This document shows positions 28,683 to 38,088 of a DNA stretch of 64,000 nt, one piece after another; position 1 is the first letter of the stretch, and each line of letters opens with the position of its first letter. The notes below the pieces were generated by a model. It saw only the letters and a program-made list of their open reading frames with translations, searched no databases and had not been told where the DNA came from. The position numbers were made by a program, and so were the translations under genes. Source of the DNA: Christensenellaceae bacterium (GTDB lineage Bacteria > Bacillota > Clostridia > Christensenellales > Borkfalkiaceae); assembly GCA_045589615.1 (NCBI GenBank), contig JAZNPL010000031.1, positions 38,251 through 102,250 of the forward strand. Reading direction: 5' to 3'.

Positions 28683-29951
28683 TTAATTTCCCTTTTTTGC
28701 TAGTGCTTTTGCACCGATGTCTTTTCTATAATATTGATTGTTAAAGTTTACTTTTTCTACTAACCCGTAAGCGTTTTTAATTGCTTCGCCTAGGTCTTTA
28801 CCTATTGCAGTTACGCCTAAAACTCTACCACCGTTAGTTAAAAGTTTTCCGTTTTCAAGTTTTGCACCTGCTACGTAAACGTTCTTTTCTACACCGTCAG
28901 TAAAAGTTATTTCATAGCCCTTTTCGTACTTTTCGGGATAGCCTTTTGAAGCCATTATTACGCAACACGCAGAGCCATTATCAAACTCTACCTTAACGTC
29001 TTTTAGGTTTCCAAAAGTCGTCGCTTTCATAATTTCAAGTAGGTCTGACTTTAATAGTGGTAAAACTACTTGCGTTTCGGGGTCGCCAAAACGACAGTTG
29101 TATTCTATTACCTTTGGTCCTTTTTCAGTTAGCATTAAACCAAAATATAAACAGCCCTTAAAGGTTCTATTTTCAGCGTTCATTGCCTTTACGGTAGGCA
29201 TAAAAATTTTATCCATACACTCTTTAGCAATATCTTCGGTGTAATAGGGGTTGGGAGCAATAGTTCCCATACCACCTGTATTTAAGCCTTTATCGCCGTC
29301 AAGTGCACGCTTGTGGTCCATAGAAGATACCATTGGAACAAGCGTTTCGCCATCGGTAAATGCAAGCACCGAAACTTCTGGGCCTTGTAAAAATTCTTCG
29401 ATAACTATTTTATCGCCACTCTTGCCGAAAACCTTGTCGCTCATCATAGAACGAACGGCAGACTTTGCTTCTTCTAAAGTGGTTGCAATTATAACCCCCT
29501 TGCCTAGTGCAAGTCCGTCAGCCTTAATTACGGTTGGAATTGGTGCTGTATCTAAATATTCTAACGCCTTTTTCTCGTCGTCGAATATTTCATATTCAGC
29601 AGTAGGAATACCGTACTTTTTCATTAAGTTTTTAGAAAAAGCCTTGCTCCCTTCTATAATCGCTGCGTTTTTGTTAGGTCCAAAACAAGGAATACCCTTA
29701 TCCGTCAAAGCGTCAACAGTCCCCATAACCAACGGGTCGTCGGGTGCAACTACTGCGTAGTCGATTTTATTGTTAACTGCAAACTCTACTACCTTTTCTA
29801 AGTCGGTTGCACCGATATTAACGCATTCAGCGTCAGCCGAAATGCCACCGTTTCCAGGCAGTGCGTAAATCTTTTCTACGCCCTTGCTTTCCTTTAGTTT
29901 TTTGATGATAGCGTGTTCTCTACCGCCACCGCCAACTACCATTATTTTCAT
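28683..29951 (-). CDS. purD: phosphoribosylamine--glycine ligase
   Basis: MKIMVVGGGGREHAI N-terminus, ATP-grasp fold, 422 aa. Confidence 0.95.
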   Translation of the reverse strand: MKIMVVGGGGREHAIIKKLKESKGVEKIYALPGNGGISADAECVNIGATDLEKVVEFAVNNKIDYAVVAPDDPLVMGTVDALTDKGIPCFGPNKNAAIIEGSKAFSKNLMKKYGIPTAEYEIFDDEKKALEYLDTAPIPTVIKADGLALGKGVIIATTLEEAKSAVRSMMSDKVFGKSGDKIVIEEFLQGPEVSVLAFTDGETLVPMVSSMDHKRALDGDKGLNTGGMGTIAPNPYYTEDIAKECMDKIFMPTVKAMNAENRTFKGCLYFGLMLTEKGPKVIEYNCRFGDPETQVVLPLLKSDLLEIMKATTFGNLKDVKVEFDNGSACCVIMASKGYPEKYEKGYEITFTDGVEKNVYVAGAKLENGKLLTNGGRVLGVTAIGKDLGEAIKNAYGLVEKVNFNNQYYRKDIGAKALAKKGN

Positions 29952-29961
29952 TGTTTTCTCC

Positions 29962-31149
29962 TTAGTGGTGGAATAATCTCATACCGGTAAACGCCATAAC
30001 CATGCCGTATTTGTTTGCCGCTTCGATAACTAGGTCGTCTCTAACTGAGCCACCTGGTTCTGCTACGTAAGAAACGCCACTCTTTGCAGCCCTATCAATG
30101 TTGTCAAAGAAGGGGAAGAAAGCATCGCTTCCTAAGGTTACGCCCTTGATAGTTTTAAGGTATGCGTCCTTTTCTTCACGAGTAAAGGGTTCGGGGCGAA
30201 CTGCAAAGTATTTTTGCCATACGTCGTCGCCTAAAACTTCTTGACTGTCGGTGTCTGATAAATAGAGGTCGATTACGTTGTTCTTGTCAGGTCTTCCTAT
30301 GCCGTCTGCAAATTGTAAACCTAAAACTTTATCGTGTTGACGGAGATGCCATAAGTCTGCTTTTTGAGCAGCAAGACGTGTACAGTGAATTCTTGATTGT
30401 TGTCCTGCACCTACGCCGATTGCTTGTCCGTCTTTAGCAAAGCATACTGAGTTAGATTGAGTGTACTTTAAGGTAATTAAAGCAATAATCATATCGGTAA
30501 TAACTTCGTCAGATAAATCTTTATTTTTAGTAACGATGTTTTGTAAGAGTTCCTTATTGATTTTGAAGTTGTTTCTACCTTGTTCAAAAGTGATGCCGAA
30601 AACTTGTTTTCTTTCGGTTTCTTCGGGAACGAAGTTGGGGTCGATTTTAACTACGTTATAAGTACCCTTTCTCTTTTTGGTTAAAACTTCAAGTGCTTCT
30701 TTTGTGTAAGACGGAGCAATAACGCCGTCAGAAACTTCTCTTGAAATAATTTTTGCAGTGGTTAAATCGCACTCGTCAGAAAGAGCAACCCAATCACCGA
30801 ACGACGACATTCTGTCCGTTCCTCTTGCTCTAGCGTAAGCACAAGCAAGTGGAGACTCGTCTAAGCCTACAATATCGTCAACAAAGCAAGCCTTTTTTAA
30901 TTTTTCGGGAAGAATTTTTCCTACCGCAGCAGAAGTGGGAGAAACGTGCTTGAAACTTGCAGCGGCACACATACCCGTTGCTTCTTTGATTTCTTTTACT
31001 AATTGCCACGAGTTAAATGCGTCTAAAAAGTTAATGTAGCCGGGGCGACCACTTAAGATTTCGATAGGTAATTCGCTACCGTCTGCCATATAAATTCTAG
31101 ATGGTTTTTGGTTGGGGTTACAGCCGTACTTTAATTGAAATTCTTTCAT
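29962..31149 (-). CDS. purH: AICAR formyltransferase (stand-alone AICARFT domain; no MGS-like IMP cyclohydrolase domain)
   Basis: 395 aa. It begins LKYGCNPNQ, which corresponds to the LRYGENPHQ start of the PurH C-terminal domain, and ends FTGMRLFHH. Confidence 0.85.
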   Translation of the reverse strand: MKEFQLKYGCNPNQKPSRIYMADGSELPIEILSGRPGYINFLDAFNSWQLVKEIKEATGMCAAASFKHVSPTSAAVGKILPEKLKKACFVDDIVGLDESPLACAYARARGTDRMSSFGDWVALSDECDLTTAKIISREVSDGVIAPSYTKEALEVLTKKRKGTYNVVKIDPNFVPEETERKQVFGITFEQGRNNFKINKELLQNIVTKNKDLSDEVITDMIIALITLKYTQSNSVCFAKDGQAIGVGAGQQSRIHCTRLAAQKADLWHLRQHDKVLGLQFADGIGRPDKNNVIDLYLSDTDSQEVLGDDVWQKYFAVRPEPFTREEKDAYLKTIKGVTLGSDAFFPFFDNIDRAAKSGVSYVAEPGGSVRDDLVIEAANKYGMVMAFTGMRLFHH

Positions 31150-31161
31150 TTTTATTCTTCC

Positions 31162-31881
31162 TTATTTGTTTTTATTGATTAATCTGTTTTCTATTTTTCC
31201 ACTCTTTAAGTCGGTATATCTAACGTAGAGTGAAATCTTGTTTTCTTTGTCTAAATTTTCCCAAAGATTATTGGTAAATGCGTCGATATCGTCGTCGATT
31301 TTAACTCTTTCGGGTTCGCCTTGGAATGTGGGAATAGGATTTCCGTCGCATACGTAGGTATGAATAAAATGTCCTAAACCGTTAAGGGGCTTATAAGAGA
31401 AAGTGTATCTATTACAAGCACTGCCAATTTCGTCGGCAGATTTTAGAATACTCATTTCGTAAGTAAAATCGTTGTCCTTGAAATTGATAATACCACTAAT
31501 TCTTGGCGTAAGGTTAGGTGCATCGGGTTCAAACTCTCTTTGTTCTAAAGAAGCCTTAAAATCTAAACCCTTTTCTAAGCCTTTGTAAATGGTGTCCGTT
31601 TGATTGCCGTTGGTTACGATTAGACTATTTTTATAAGTACGAAGTGCAGCGTAGATTATTAGACTTGGGTCTTCTACCTTAGAAGCGTCAAAAGGCTCTG
31701 TAAAAACTTCGCCGTTCTTTTCGGTAAACACACGGTTTCTTGAATTGTTGCTTCTACCCATAATAAAATAAGCCGAAACAGCCTTGCTTCCGTCAGCAGT
31801 TTTGCCGATTACTATGCCACGACCTACGTAAGAATTGTCTTTTATAAGTTCGCCAATATCGTTAATTTTGTAAATATTCAT
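31162..31881 (-). CDS. purO: PurO-type (archaeal-type) IMP cyclohydrolase
   Basis: 239 aa. SYVGRGIVIGKTADGSKAVSAYFIMGRSNNSRNR and VTNGNQTDTI parallel the PurO family. Confidence 0.75.
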   Translation of the reverse strand: MNIYKINDIGELIKDNSYVGRGIVIGKTADGSKAVSAYFIMGRSNNSRNRVFTEKNGEVFTEPFDASKVEDPSLIIYAALRTYKNSLIVTNGNQTDTIYKGLEKGLDFKASLEQREFEPDAPNLTPRISGIINFKDNDFTYEMSILKSADEIGSACNRYTFSYKPLNGLGHFIHTYVCDGNPIPTFQGEPERVKIDDDIDAFTNNLWENLDKENKISLYVRYTDLKSGKIENRLINKNK

Positions 31882-31882
31882 T

Positions 31883-32494
31883 TTACTTACTCTCCCTAAT
31901 TAATTTAGAAATTTTTTGGCAAGAAGCGGGAAGTATTATCCACTCTGCTTGCTCCATTACTCTCTTTTGTAGAATTTCGGGCGTGTCGCCGTCTAAAATT
32001 TCCACTGCTTTTTGCATTATAATTTCGCCACCGTCTGGAATTTCGTTTACGAAATGCACGGTTGCACCCGTTACTTTTACGCCATAGATGAGTGCTTCTT
32101 CGTGAACTTTAAGTCCGTAAAACCCTTTTCCGCAAAAAGACGGAATTAGCGACGGGTGAACGTTAATTATTCTGTTTTTGTATCGGCTTGTAAAGTTTTC
32201 GCCTAAAATATTCAAAAACCCTGCAAGCACGATTAACTCTATATCAAATTCGTCTAAAACTTTTATGATTTCTTCTTCAAACTTTTCTTGACTGCCACAC
32301 GCCTTTTTATTAACGACCTTGCAAGGTATCCCTGCGTTTTTAGCCCTTTCTATTGCGTAGGCTTTAGCACTTGAAGAAATTACAACCGTAATTTTTCCGT
32401 CGGGAATTTGACCGTTTTTCTCACAATCGATTAACGCTTGAAGATTAGTGCCACCGCCCGATACAAAAACGGCTATCTTGGTTTTATCAGCCAT
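31883..32494 (-). CDS. purN: phosphoribosylglycinamide formyltransferase
   Basis: IAVFVSGGGTNLQAL, NVHPSLIP, 203 aa. Confidence 0.9.
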   Translation of the reverse strand: MADKTKIAVFVSGGGTNLQALIDCEKNGQIPDGKITVVISSSAKAYAIERAKNAGIPCKVVNKKACGSQEKFEEEIIKVLDEFDIELIVLAGFLNILGENFTSRYKNRIINVHPSLIPSFCGKGFYGLKVHEEALIYGVKVTGATVHFVNEIPDGGEIIMQKAVEILDGDTPEILQKRVMEQAEWIILPASCQKISKLIRESK

Positions 32495-33113
32495 TGTCTT
32501 TCTCCTTGAAAACGCTTTTTAGTAGTGGGAACAAAAGTCCACCCACCGTGTTTCCTAAAATTACCGTCCAAATGTATAGAAAAGAATTAAAATCTATAAC
32601 GCCTGCTATTGCAAAGTAGCCCATATTCGCTATGGAGTGTTCAAACCCACAAAGAATAAAAACGGGAATACAAAATACCACGCCTAGCATAGTGTTCTTT
32701 TCCTTATATAAGGCAACGGCAACGTACATTAAAATGCCACAAAAGATTGCTTTTATAAATGCTTCAAAAAAGGCTTGTTGAAGTTTAGAAGAAACTAAAG
32801 AAAAAGCAGTTTCTTTTACTTGTGGCAAGCAATAGCCTATCATTAGGCCAAAGATAAAGGTTGCTAAAACGTTTCCAAAAAGCCCCAAACTCAAGGTCGG
32901 AAATTCCTTTTTGAAATTTTTAATCGTCATAAACCCAATCTTGCCCGTGTAGAGCGAAAAGCCCTTATAACAAATGGTAATTAGTGCAACTGCAAACAGT
33001 AATGCACCGTAAATTTTGTTAACGTTTAGACAAGACAGATAAACGGTACAACCGATTATAATCATAATTCCGGCAAGAACGCCGTCAATAGTCTTACGTG
33101 TAAAATCTCTCAT
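32487..33113 (-). CDS. formate/nitrite transporter (FNT) family membrane protein, compact 208-aa form
   Basis: Six TM segments and the FNT signature CGFEHSIANM. It overlaps purN by 8 nt and starts 3 nt after purM. Confidence 0.75.
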   Translation of the reverse strand: MRDFTRKTIDGVLAGIMIIIGCTVYLSCLNVNKIYGALLFAVALITICYKGFSLYTGKIGFMTIKNFKKEFPTLSLGLFGNVLATFIFGLMIGYCLPQVKETAFSLVSSKLQQAFFEAFIKAIFCGILMYVAVALYKEKNTMLGVVFCIPVFILCGFEHSIANMGYFAIAGVIDFNSFLYIWTVILGNTVGGLLFPLLKSVFKEKDNG

Positions 33114-33115
33114 AA

Positions 33116-34156
33116 TTATTTAATGATAATTTTATCTTCGCTTTTTTGAATATATCCGATAATATAGGGGTTTTCGCCGTTTGCTTTAAGAATTTCCATT
33201 GCCTTATCAGCGTCTTCTTTAGCAACGATAACGCTCATACCAACGCCCATATTAAAGGTGTTGAACATATCTCTTTCGCAAATGTTGCCTTCCTTTTGGA
33301 TAAGTTTAAAGATAGGTAAAATTTTAACGGCACTCTTGTCAACTACTGCACCAAGCCCGTCGGGAATACTTCTTGGAATATTTTCGTAAAAACCACCACC
33401 CGTAATGTGAGAAACGCCTTTAACTTTTACTTGTTCAAATAGTGCAAGCATAGGCTTAACGTAAATTTTGGTGGGGGTTAATAATACTTCGCCTAAAGAT
33501 TTACCGCCTAATTCTTCTCTTGGCAATTTAATATCACAGTTTTCAATATCGAAAACCTTTCTAACTAGTGAAAAACCGTTAGAGTGAACGCCAGACGACG
33601 GCAATGCGATAATAATATCCCCTTCTTGCATAGATTTTTTATCGATAACTTTCGATTTATCTACGATACCTACTGAAAAACCTGCTAAATCGTATTCGTC
33701 GATAGGGTAAAAACCGGGCATTTCTGCCGTTTCGCCACCGATTAACGCACTGCCCGATTGAACGCAACCTTCGGCAATGCCTTCTACGATAGAAGCAATC
33801 TTTTCAGGAACGTTTTTACCGCAAGCGATATAATCTAAAAAGAATAAAGGCTTAGCACCACAACAAATAACGTCGTTAACGCACATTGCAACGCAGTCGA
33901 TACCAACCGTGTTGTGCTTGTCCATTAAAAACGCCATTTTAAGTTTAGTACCAACGCCGTCCGTACCAGATACGAGTACGGGGTTAGTATAACCCGTAAG
34001 GTCAAGCGAGAAAAGTCCACCAAAACCACCGATATCGTCGGCATTACCTTCGGTAACCGTTCTTGCTATGTGTTTTTTCATTAATTCAACTGCTTTGTAG
34101 CCGGCGGTAATATCAACGCCTGCTTCTTTATAACTTTCAGAAAAACTTTTTTTCAT
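33116..34156 (-). CDS. purM: phosphoribosylformylglycinamidine cyclo-ligase
   Basis: [17 protein letters not shown], 346 aa. Confidence 0.95.
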   Translation of the reverse strand: MKKSFSESYKEAGVDITAGYKAVELMKKHIARTVTEGNADDIGGFGGLFSLDLTGYTNPVLVSGTDGVGTKLKMAFLMDKHNTVGIDCVAMCVNDVICCGAKPLFFLDYIACGKNVPEKIASIVEGIAEGCVQSGSALIGGETAEMPGFYPIDEYDLAGFSVGIVDKSKVIDKKSMQEGDIIIALPSSGVHSNGFSLVRKVFDIENCDIKLPREELGGKSLGEVLLTPTKIYVKPMLALFEQVKVKGVSHITGGGFYENIPRSIPDGLGAVVDKSAVKILPIFKLIQKEGNICERDMFNTFNMGVGMSVIVAKEDADKAMEILKANGENPYIIGYIQKSEDKIIIK

Positions 34157-34175
34157 AATCTATCTCCAAAAAAAA

Positions 34176-35600
34176 CTATTCTTTGCCGTTCCAACAATAA
34201 GTGCATAACTTTTCGGGTTCTAAGCCGATTGCTTCTAGCATACCTTCAAGAGATTGAAACTCTAGCGAATCAAACCCGAATTTATCACAGATAGCCTTTC
34301 TCATTTTCTTGCCCCTTTCGGTTTTTGCATCGCTATATTCGTCAATGTGCTTTAGACCTTCTTCCCCTTCGAGTTCTACGATTGTTCGCCTTGTTATTAA
34401 CTCTAAATCGCTAGTCGCCCTTGAAAAGGCAAGATATTTACAACCAAACATTATAGGTGGGCAAGCCGAACACATATGTACTGCTTTTGCACCGTTTTCA
34501 TATAAAAATTCTACCGTTTCTTTTAGTTGCGTTCCTCTTACGATAGAATCGTCTAAGAAAAGCAATTTTTTGTTTTTTATAAGTTCGGTTACGGGAATTT
34601 GTTTCATTTTGGCAATCTTGTTTCTATCAACTTGATTGTTAGGCGTGAAACTTCTCGACCAAGTGGGCGTGTATTTTATATACGGTCTTGCAAATGGAAT
34701 TTTACTCTTATTAGCATAACCTATTGCGTGGGGAGTACCAGAGTCCGGAACACCACAAACGTAATCAACGTCGTGTTTTTCGCCACGCATCTCTTTATTT
34801 CTTGCAAGTATTTCACCGTTTCTATAACGCATAGTTTCTACCGTTATTCCTTCGTAACAAGAAGTAGGATAGCCGTAATACGTCCAAAGGAAAGAACACA
34901 TTTTCATTTCCTTTCCAGCAGGTCTTAAAATCTCTATATCGGTAGGCGTAATCTTAACCGTTTCGCCAGGCCCTAATTCCTTTACCGTTTTATAGCCTAG
35001 TTTTAGATAAGCGTACGATTCAAACGAAATACAATGTCCGTCTCTATTTTTGCCGATGAGTACGGGAAGCCTACCCAAACGGTCCCTTGCAACAATGATA
35101 GAACCGTCCCCCGTCAAAATAATAATCGAAGCCGTGCCTTTGATTAGCGATTGAGCAAACTCTATACCTTCTTCAAAGGTTGGTTTTTGGTTGATTAAAG
35201 AAGCAACTAGTTCGGTATTGTTTATAGTACCGCCAGAAGCAACGCCAAAATGTCCGCCGTTTTCAAAAATATATTTTTCAACAAGTTCATTTAGGTTGTT
35301 AATAACGCCCACGATCGCAACTGCGTAAACGCCGAGTTTCGACCTAATCAAAAGTGGTTGTGGGTCGCTATCGTTTATACAGCCGATAGCCGAACAACCT
35401 TTCATTTCGTCAAAAACGTGTTCGAACTTAGTTCTAAATGGAGCGTGTTCTAAATTATGAATTTTTCTCTGCAACCCCACTTCTTCATTAAAAACGGCAA
35501 TGCCACCACTTTTAGTACCTAAATGCGAGTGATAGTCAGTACCGAAAAACACGTCGGATAAACTACTTTTTTTGGATACGACACCGAAAAATGCACCCAT
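34176..35600 (-). CDS. purF: amidophosphoribosyltransferase-like protein lacking the N-terminal Cys nucleophile
   Basis: PRTase motif LLFLDDSIVRGTQ. Putative Fe-S Cys positions (MCSFLWTYY, CSACPP..GCKY, CTYCWNG). The N-terminus is MGAFFGVV, where canonical PurF has CG(I/V)FG. AGGAG RBS 8 nt upstream of the ATG. Confidence 0.8.
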   Translation of the reverse strand: MGAFFGVVSKKSSLSDVFFGTDYHSHLGTKSGGIAVFNEEVGLQRKIHNLEHAPFRTKFEHVFDEMKGCSAIGCINDSDPQPLLIRSKLGVYAVAIVGVINNLNELVEKYIFENGGHFGVASGGTINNTELVASLINQKPTFEEGIEFAQSLIKGTASIIILTGDGSIIVARDRLGRLPVLIGKNRDGHCISFESYAYLKLGYKTVKELGPGETVKITPTDIEILRPAGKEMKMCSFLWTYYGYPTSCYEGITVETMRYRNGEILARNKEMRGEKHDVDYVCGVPDSGTPHAIGYANKSKIPFARPYIKYTPTWSRSFTPNNQVDRNKIAKMKQIPVTELIKNKKLLFLDDSIVRGTQLKETVEFLYENGAKAVHMCSACPPIMFGCKYLAFSRATSDLELITRRTIVELEGEEGLKHIDEYSDAKTERGKKMRKAICDKFGFDSLEFQSLEGMLEAIGLEPEKLCTYCWNGKE

Positions 35601-35617
35601 AAAAACTCCTTTAAATT

Positions 35618-36304
35618 TTAAGCGAAAAATAATTTAGATAAGGTCATTGGGTCAACGTACTTGCCGTCTTTATAAACACGCATATTGCCAGAAGCAATTT
35701 CGTCGATTAAAATAACGTTGCCGTCTTTATCATAACCAAATTCGAATTTAATATCGTATAATACTAAGCCCTTTTCCTTAAGGTCGTCAGCAACGATTTT
35801 GGTAATTTTTTGAGTCATTTCCTTAACGTCGTCATATTGCTTAGCCGTCATAACGCCAAGGTCGATAAGACCGTCTTTAGTAACTAGTGGGTCACCCTTT
35901 TCGTCGTTTTTGAAAGTGGTTTCAACGTATGCGGGAAGGTCTGCTCCTTCTTCTATGTAGTCGCTATATCTTCTGTAAAAACTTCCTACTGCTTTATAAC
36001 GACAAATAACTTCTAAGCCTTTACCGAAAGGTTTAGCGGGAACTACTTCCATAGTAGTGTCTTCAAGGTTAGCAGAAATATAGTGAGTGTTAATACCTGC
36101 TTTATTAACCTTTTCAAAGAAATAGATAGACATACGAAGGTTTACGTCGCCAACGCCGTCAATAGTAAGACCAACCGAATTTTCACCGGGGTCAAAAACT
36201 CCGTCTTTTCCGGTGCAATCGTCTTTGAATTTCAAAAGATAATTGCCGTTAGCAAGAGCAAAAACGTTTTTGGTTTTTCCTGTGTAAACTAGTTTCTTTT
36301 CCAT
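35618..36304 (-). CDS. purC: SAICAR synthase
   Basis: 228 aa. YTGKTKNVF and [14 protein letters not shown] motifs. Confidence 0.9.
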   Translation of the reverse strand: MEKKLVYTGKTKNVFALANGNYLLKFKDDCTGKDGVFDPGENSVGLTIDGVGDVNLRMSIYFFEKVNKAGINTHYISANLEDTTMEVVPAKPFGKGLEVICRYKAVGSFYRRYSDYIEEGADLPAYVETTFKNDEKGDPLVTKDGLIDLGVMTAKQYDDVKEMTQKITKIVADDLKEKGLVLYDIKFEFGYDKDGNVILIDEIASGNMRVYKDGKYVDPMTLSKLFFA

Positions 36305-36322
36305 AAATGTATCTCCTATAAA

Positions 36323-36814
36323 TTATTTACTTAATTGTTCTAAGATTGCTTTGTCCTTTTCAAGAACCTTTTTAGCGTCTGCAATTTTTTTCGCTTGCAA
36401 TTTTTCAGAAAGTTTTTCATCACTAACTGCAAGAATTTGAATAGCCAAAAGCCCTGCGTTAGCCCCACCGTTAATAGCAACGGTAGCAACCGGAACGCCA
36501 GACGGCATTTGAACGGTTGATAAAAGTGCGTCCATTCCGTCGTTATTGGATTTAGCGGGAATACCAATAACGGGAAGTGTTGTCCTTGCTGCAAGAGCCC
36601 CTGCAAGGTGTGCAGCCATACCAGCAACGCCGATAATAACACCGAAACCGTTTTCTTTTGCTTTTTGAGCGAACTCGCCCGCTTCATCAGGCGTGCGGTG
36701 AGCAGAATAAACGTGTGCTTCAAACGGAACGCCAAATTCTTTTAAAACGTCAACGGTTTTTTGAACGATAGGTAAATCACTATCGCTACCCATAATAATT
36801 GCAACTTTTTTCAT
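36323..36814 (-). CDS. purE: 5-(carboxyamino)imidazole ribonucleotide mutase / AIR carboxylase catalytic subunit
   Basis: IIMGSDSDLP, GVAGMAAHLAG, PVIGIP. 163 aa. Confidence 0.9.
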   Translation of the reverse strand: MKKVAIIMGSDSDLPIVQKTVDVLKEFGVPFEAHVYSAHRTPDEAGEFAQKAKENGFGVIIGVAGMAAHLAGALAARTTLPVIGIPAKSNNDGMDALLSTVQMPSGVPVATVAINGGANAGLLAIQILAVSDEKLSEKLQAKKIADAKKVLEKDKAILEQLSK

Positions 36815-36826
36815 AAAAACACCTCC

Positions 36827-36942
36827 AAAAAAACAAAAAAGGGCGCAAAATTTCCGCTTAAGAAATTTTCGCCCAGACGCACGGCTTAATATTAGTTTTT
36901 ATTGCACTATGGTACACCATACTTACTCGTCAGTAATAAAAA
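36827..36942 (-). promoter_or_regulatory. ZTP (pfl-motif) riboswitch with overlapping terminator
   Basis: The minus-strand RNA reads UUUUUAUU-ACUGACGAG-..AUGGUGUACCAU-AGUGC-AAUAAAAA, then a linker, then GCCGUGCGUCUGGGCG. GACG...CGUC covaries with the consensus GGCG...CGCC pseudoknot. The terminator GGGCGAAAAUUUC..GGAAAUUUUGCGCCC plus a U-run shares the GGGCG of the aptamer. Confidence 0.85.
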
Positions 36943-36966
36943 CTCCCTTTGTTTTTTAACGGTATA

Positions 36967-36996
36967 ATTTTATCACAAAAATAGTCTTAATGTCAA
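36967..36996 (-). promoter_or_regulatory. sigma-70-type promoter of the pur operon
   Basis: Minus strand: TTGACA (36996-36991), an 18-nt spacer, then TAAAAT (36972-36967). Confidence 0.55.
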
Positions 36997-37032
36997 CCGA
37001 TTTAATAAGACAAAAAACTACAAAAAATAAAA

Positions 37033-37056
37033 AGTGCATCCTAAAGGATGCACCAA
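37033..37056 (-). terminator. terminator after rpsR
   Basis: GTGCATCC-TTTA-GGATGCAC followed by a T-run on the minus strand. Confidence 0.75.
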
Positions 37057-37061
37057 GTTTT

Positions 37062-37352
37062 TTATTCGCCTTTGAAAGGTAACAAGTCAACGAGCCTAGC
37101 ACGTTTGATAGCCTTTGCCAAAACTCTTTGGTGTTTTGCACAAACGCCGGTCATACGTCTGGGAAGAATTTTACCGCCTTCGGTAATATACTTCTTCAAA
37201 GTATTGATATCTTTATAGTCGATTTCGTCAATTTTGCCTTGACAGAAAGCACATACTTTTTTGCGAGGAACTCTTTTAACGAACTTCTTAGCCTCTTTGG
37301 CAACAGGAGCCTTTGCTTCTGTTTCAACGGTTACGTTAGTATTTTCTTCCAT
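37062..37352 (-). CDS. rpsR: 30S ribosomal protein S18
   Basis: KKVCAFC..IDYKD...[15 protein letters not shown]. Confidence 0.95.
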   Translation of the reverse strand: MEENTNVTVETEAKAPVAKEAKKFVKRVPRKKVCAFCQGKIDEIDYKDINTLKKYITEGGKILPRRMTGVCAKHQRVLAKAIKRARLVDLLPFKGE

Positions 37353-37390
37353 TTTAATATCTCCTTAAATTATTAACGTGTAAAACGTTT

Positions 37391-37792
37391 TTAGAAAGGA
37401 AGTTGATTGTCGTCAATCGCTTCCAATTGTGGACGCTTGGTAGAAACGGTAGAAACTTCATCGTCAACTTGAGCACTCTTAGGAGTCAAAAACTCAACGT
37501 CGCTAGCAACGATGTCGGTAACGTTTCTCTTTATTCCGTCCTTATCTTCGTAAGAACGGGTTTGTAAACTGCCCACTACGGCAACTTTATTGCCTTTTTT
37601 CAAATATTTGCCACAGTTTTCAGCCCTGCCACGCCATACCGTTATATTGAAAAAATCAGTTTCACGGTTGCCGTCTGCACCTGCGTAATCTCTTGAAACG
37701 GCGATTGAAAATCTACATACTGCCGTTCCGTTAGGCGTTTCCGTTAATTCAGGGTCACGTGTCAAATTTCCTATTAGGAATACTTTATTCAT
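37391..37792 (-). CDS. ssb: single-stranded DNA-binding protein
   Basis: MNKVFLIGNLTRDPEL OB-fold N-terminus. The acidic tail ends DDNQLPF. Confidence 0.95.
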   Translation of the reverse strand: MNKVFLIGNLTRDPELTETPNGTAVCRFSIAVSRDYAGADGNRETDFFNITVWRGRAENCGKYLKKGNKVAVVGSLQTRSYEDKDGIKRNVTDIVASDVEFLTPKSAQVDDEVSTVSTKRPQLEAIDDNQLPF

Positions 37793-37806
37793 ATTCTTTC
37801 TCCTAC

Positions 37807-38088
37807 TTATCTTTTGGTTATCAATCTTCTGATAATACCGTCTGTTATACCAGCAATACGCTTGATTTCAACAACTAGCGTCTTTGCTGCTTCAAAAGTC
37901 ATCAAAACGTAGTAGCCTTCAGATTTGTAGTTGATAGGATATTGTAATTTCTTCATACCCCAACGGTCAGTCTTTTCAATAACACCACCGTTTTCAGTAA
38001 CCAAATCTTCGAACTTTTTGATGATTTCTTCACGCTTTGCTTCTTCTAAACCAGCGTCAAGAATATACAACATTTCGTATTTAGTCAT
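37807..38088 (-). CDS. rpsF: 30S ribosomal protein S6
   Basis: I start it at MTKYEMLYILD (ATG at 38088), preceded by GGGAGG. The track ORF begins 6 codons earlier. Confidence 0.9.
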   Translation of the reverse strand: MTKYEMLYILDAGLEEAKREEIIKKFEDLVTENGGVIEKTDRWGMKKLQYPINYKSEGYYVLMTFEAAKTLVVEIKRIAGITDGIIRRLITKR

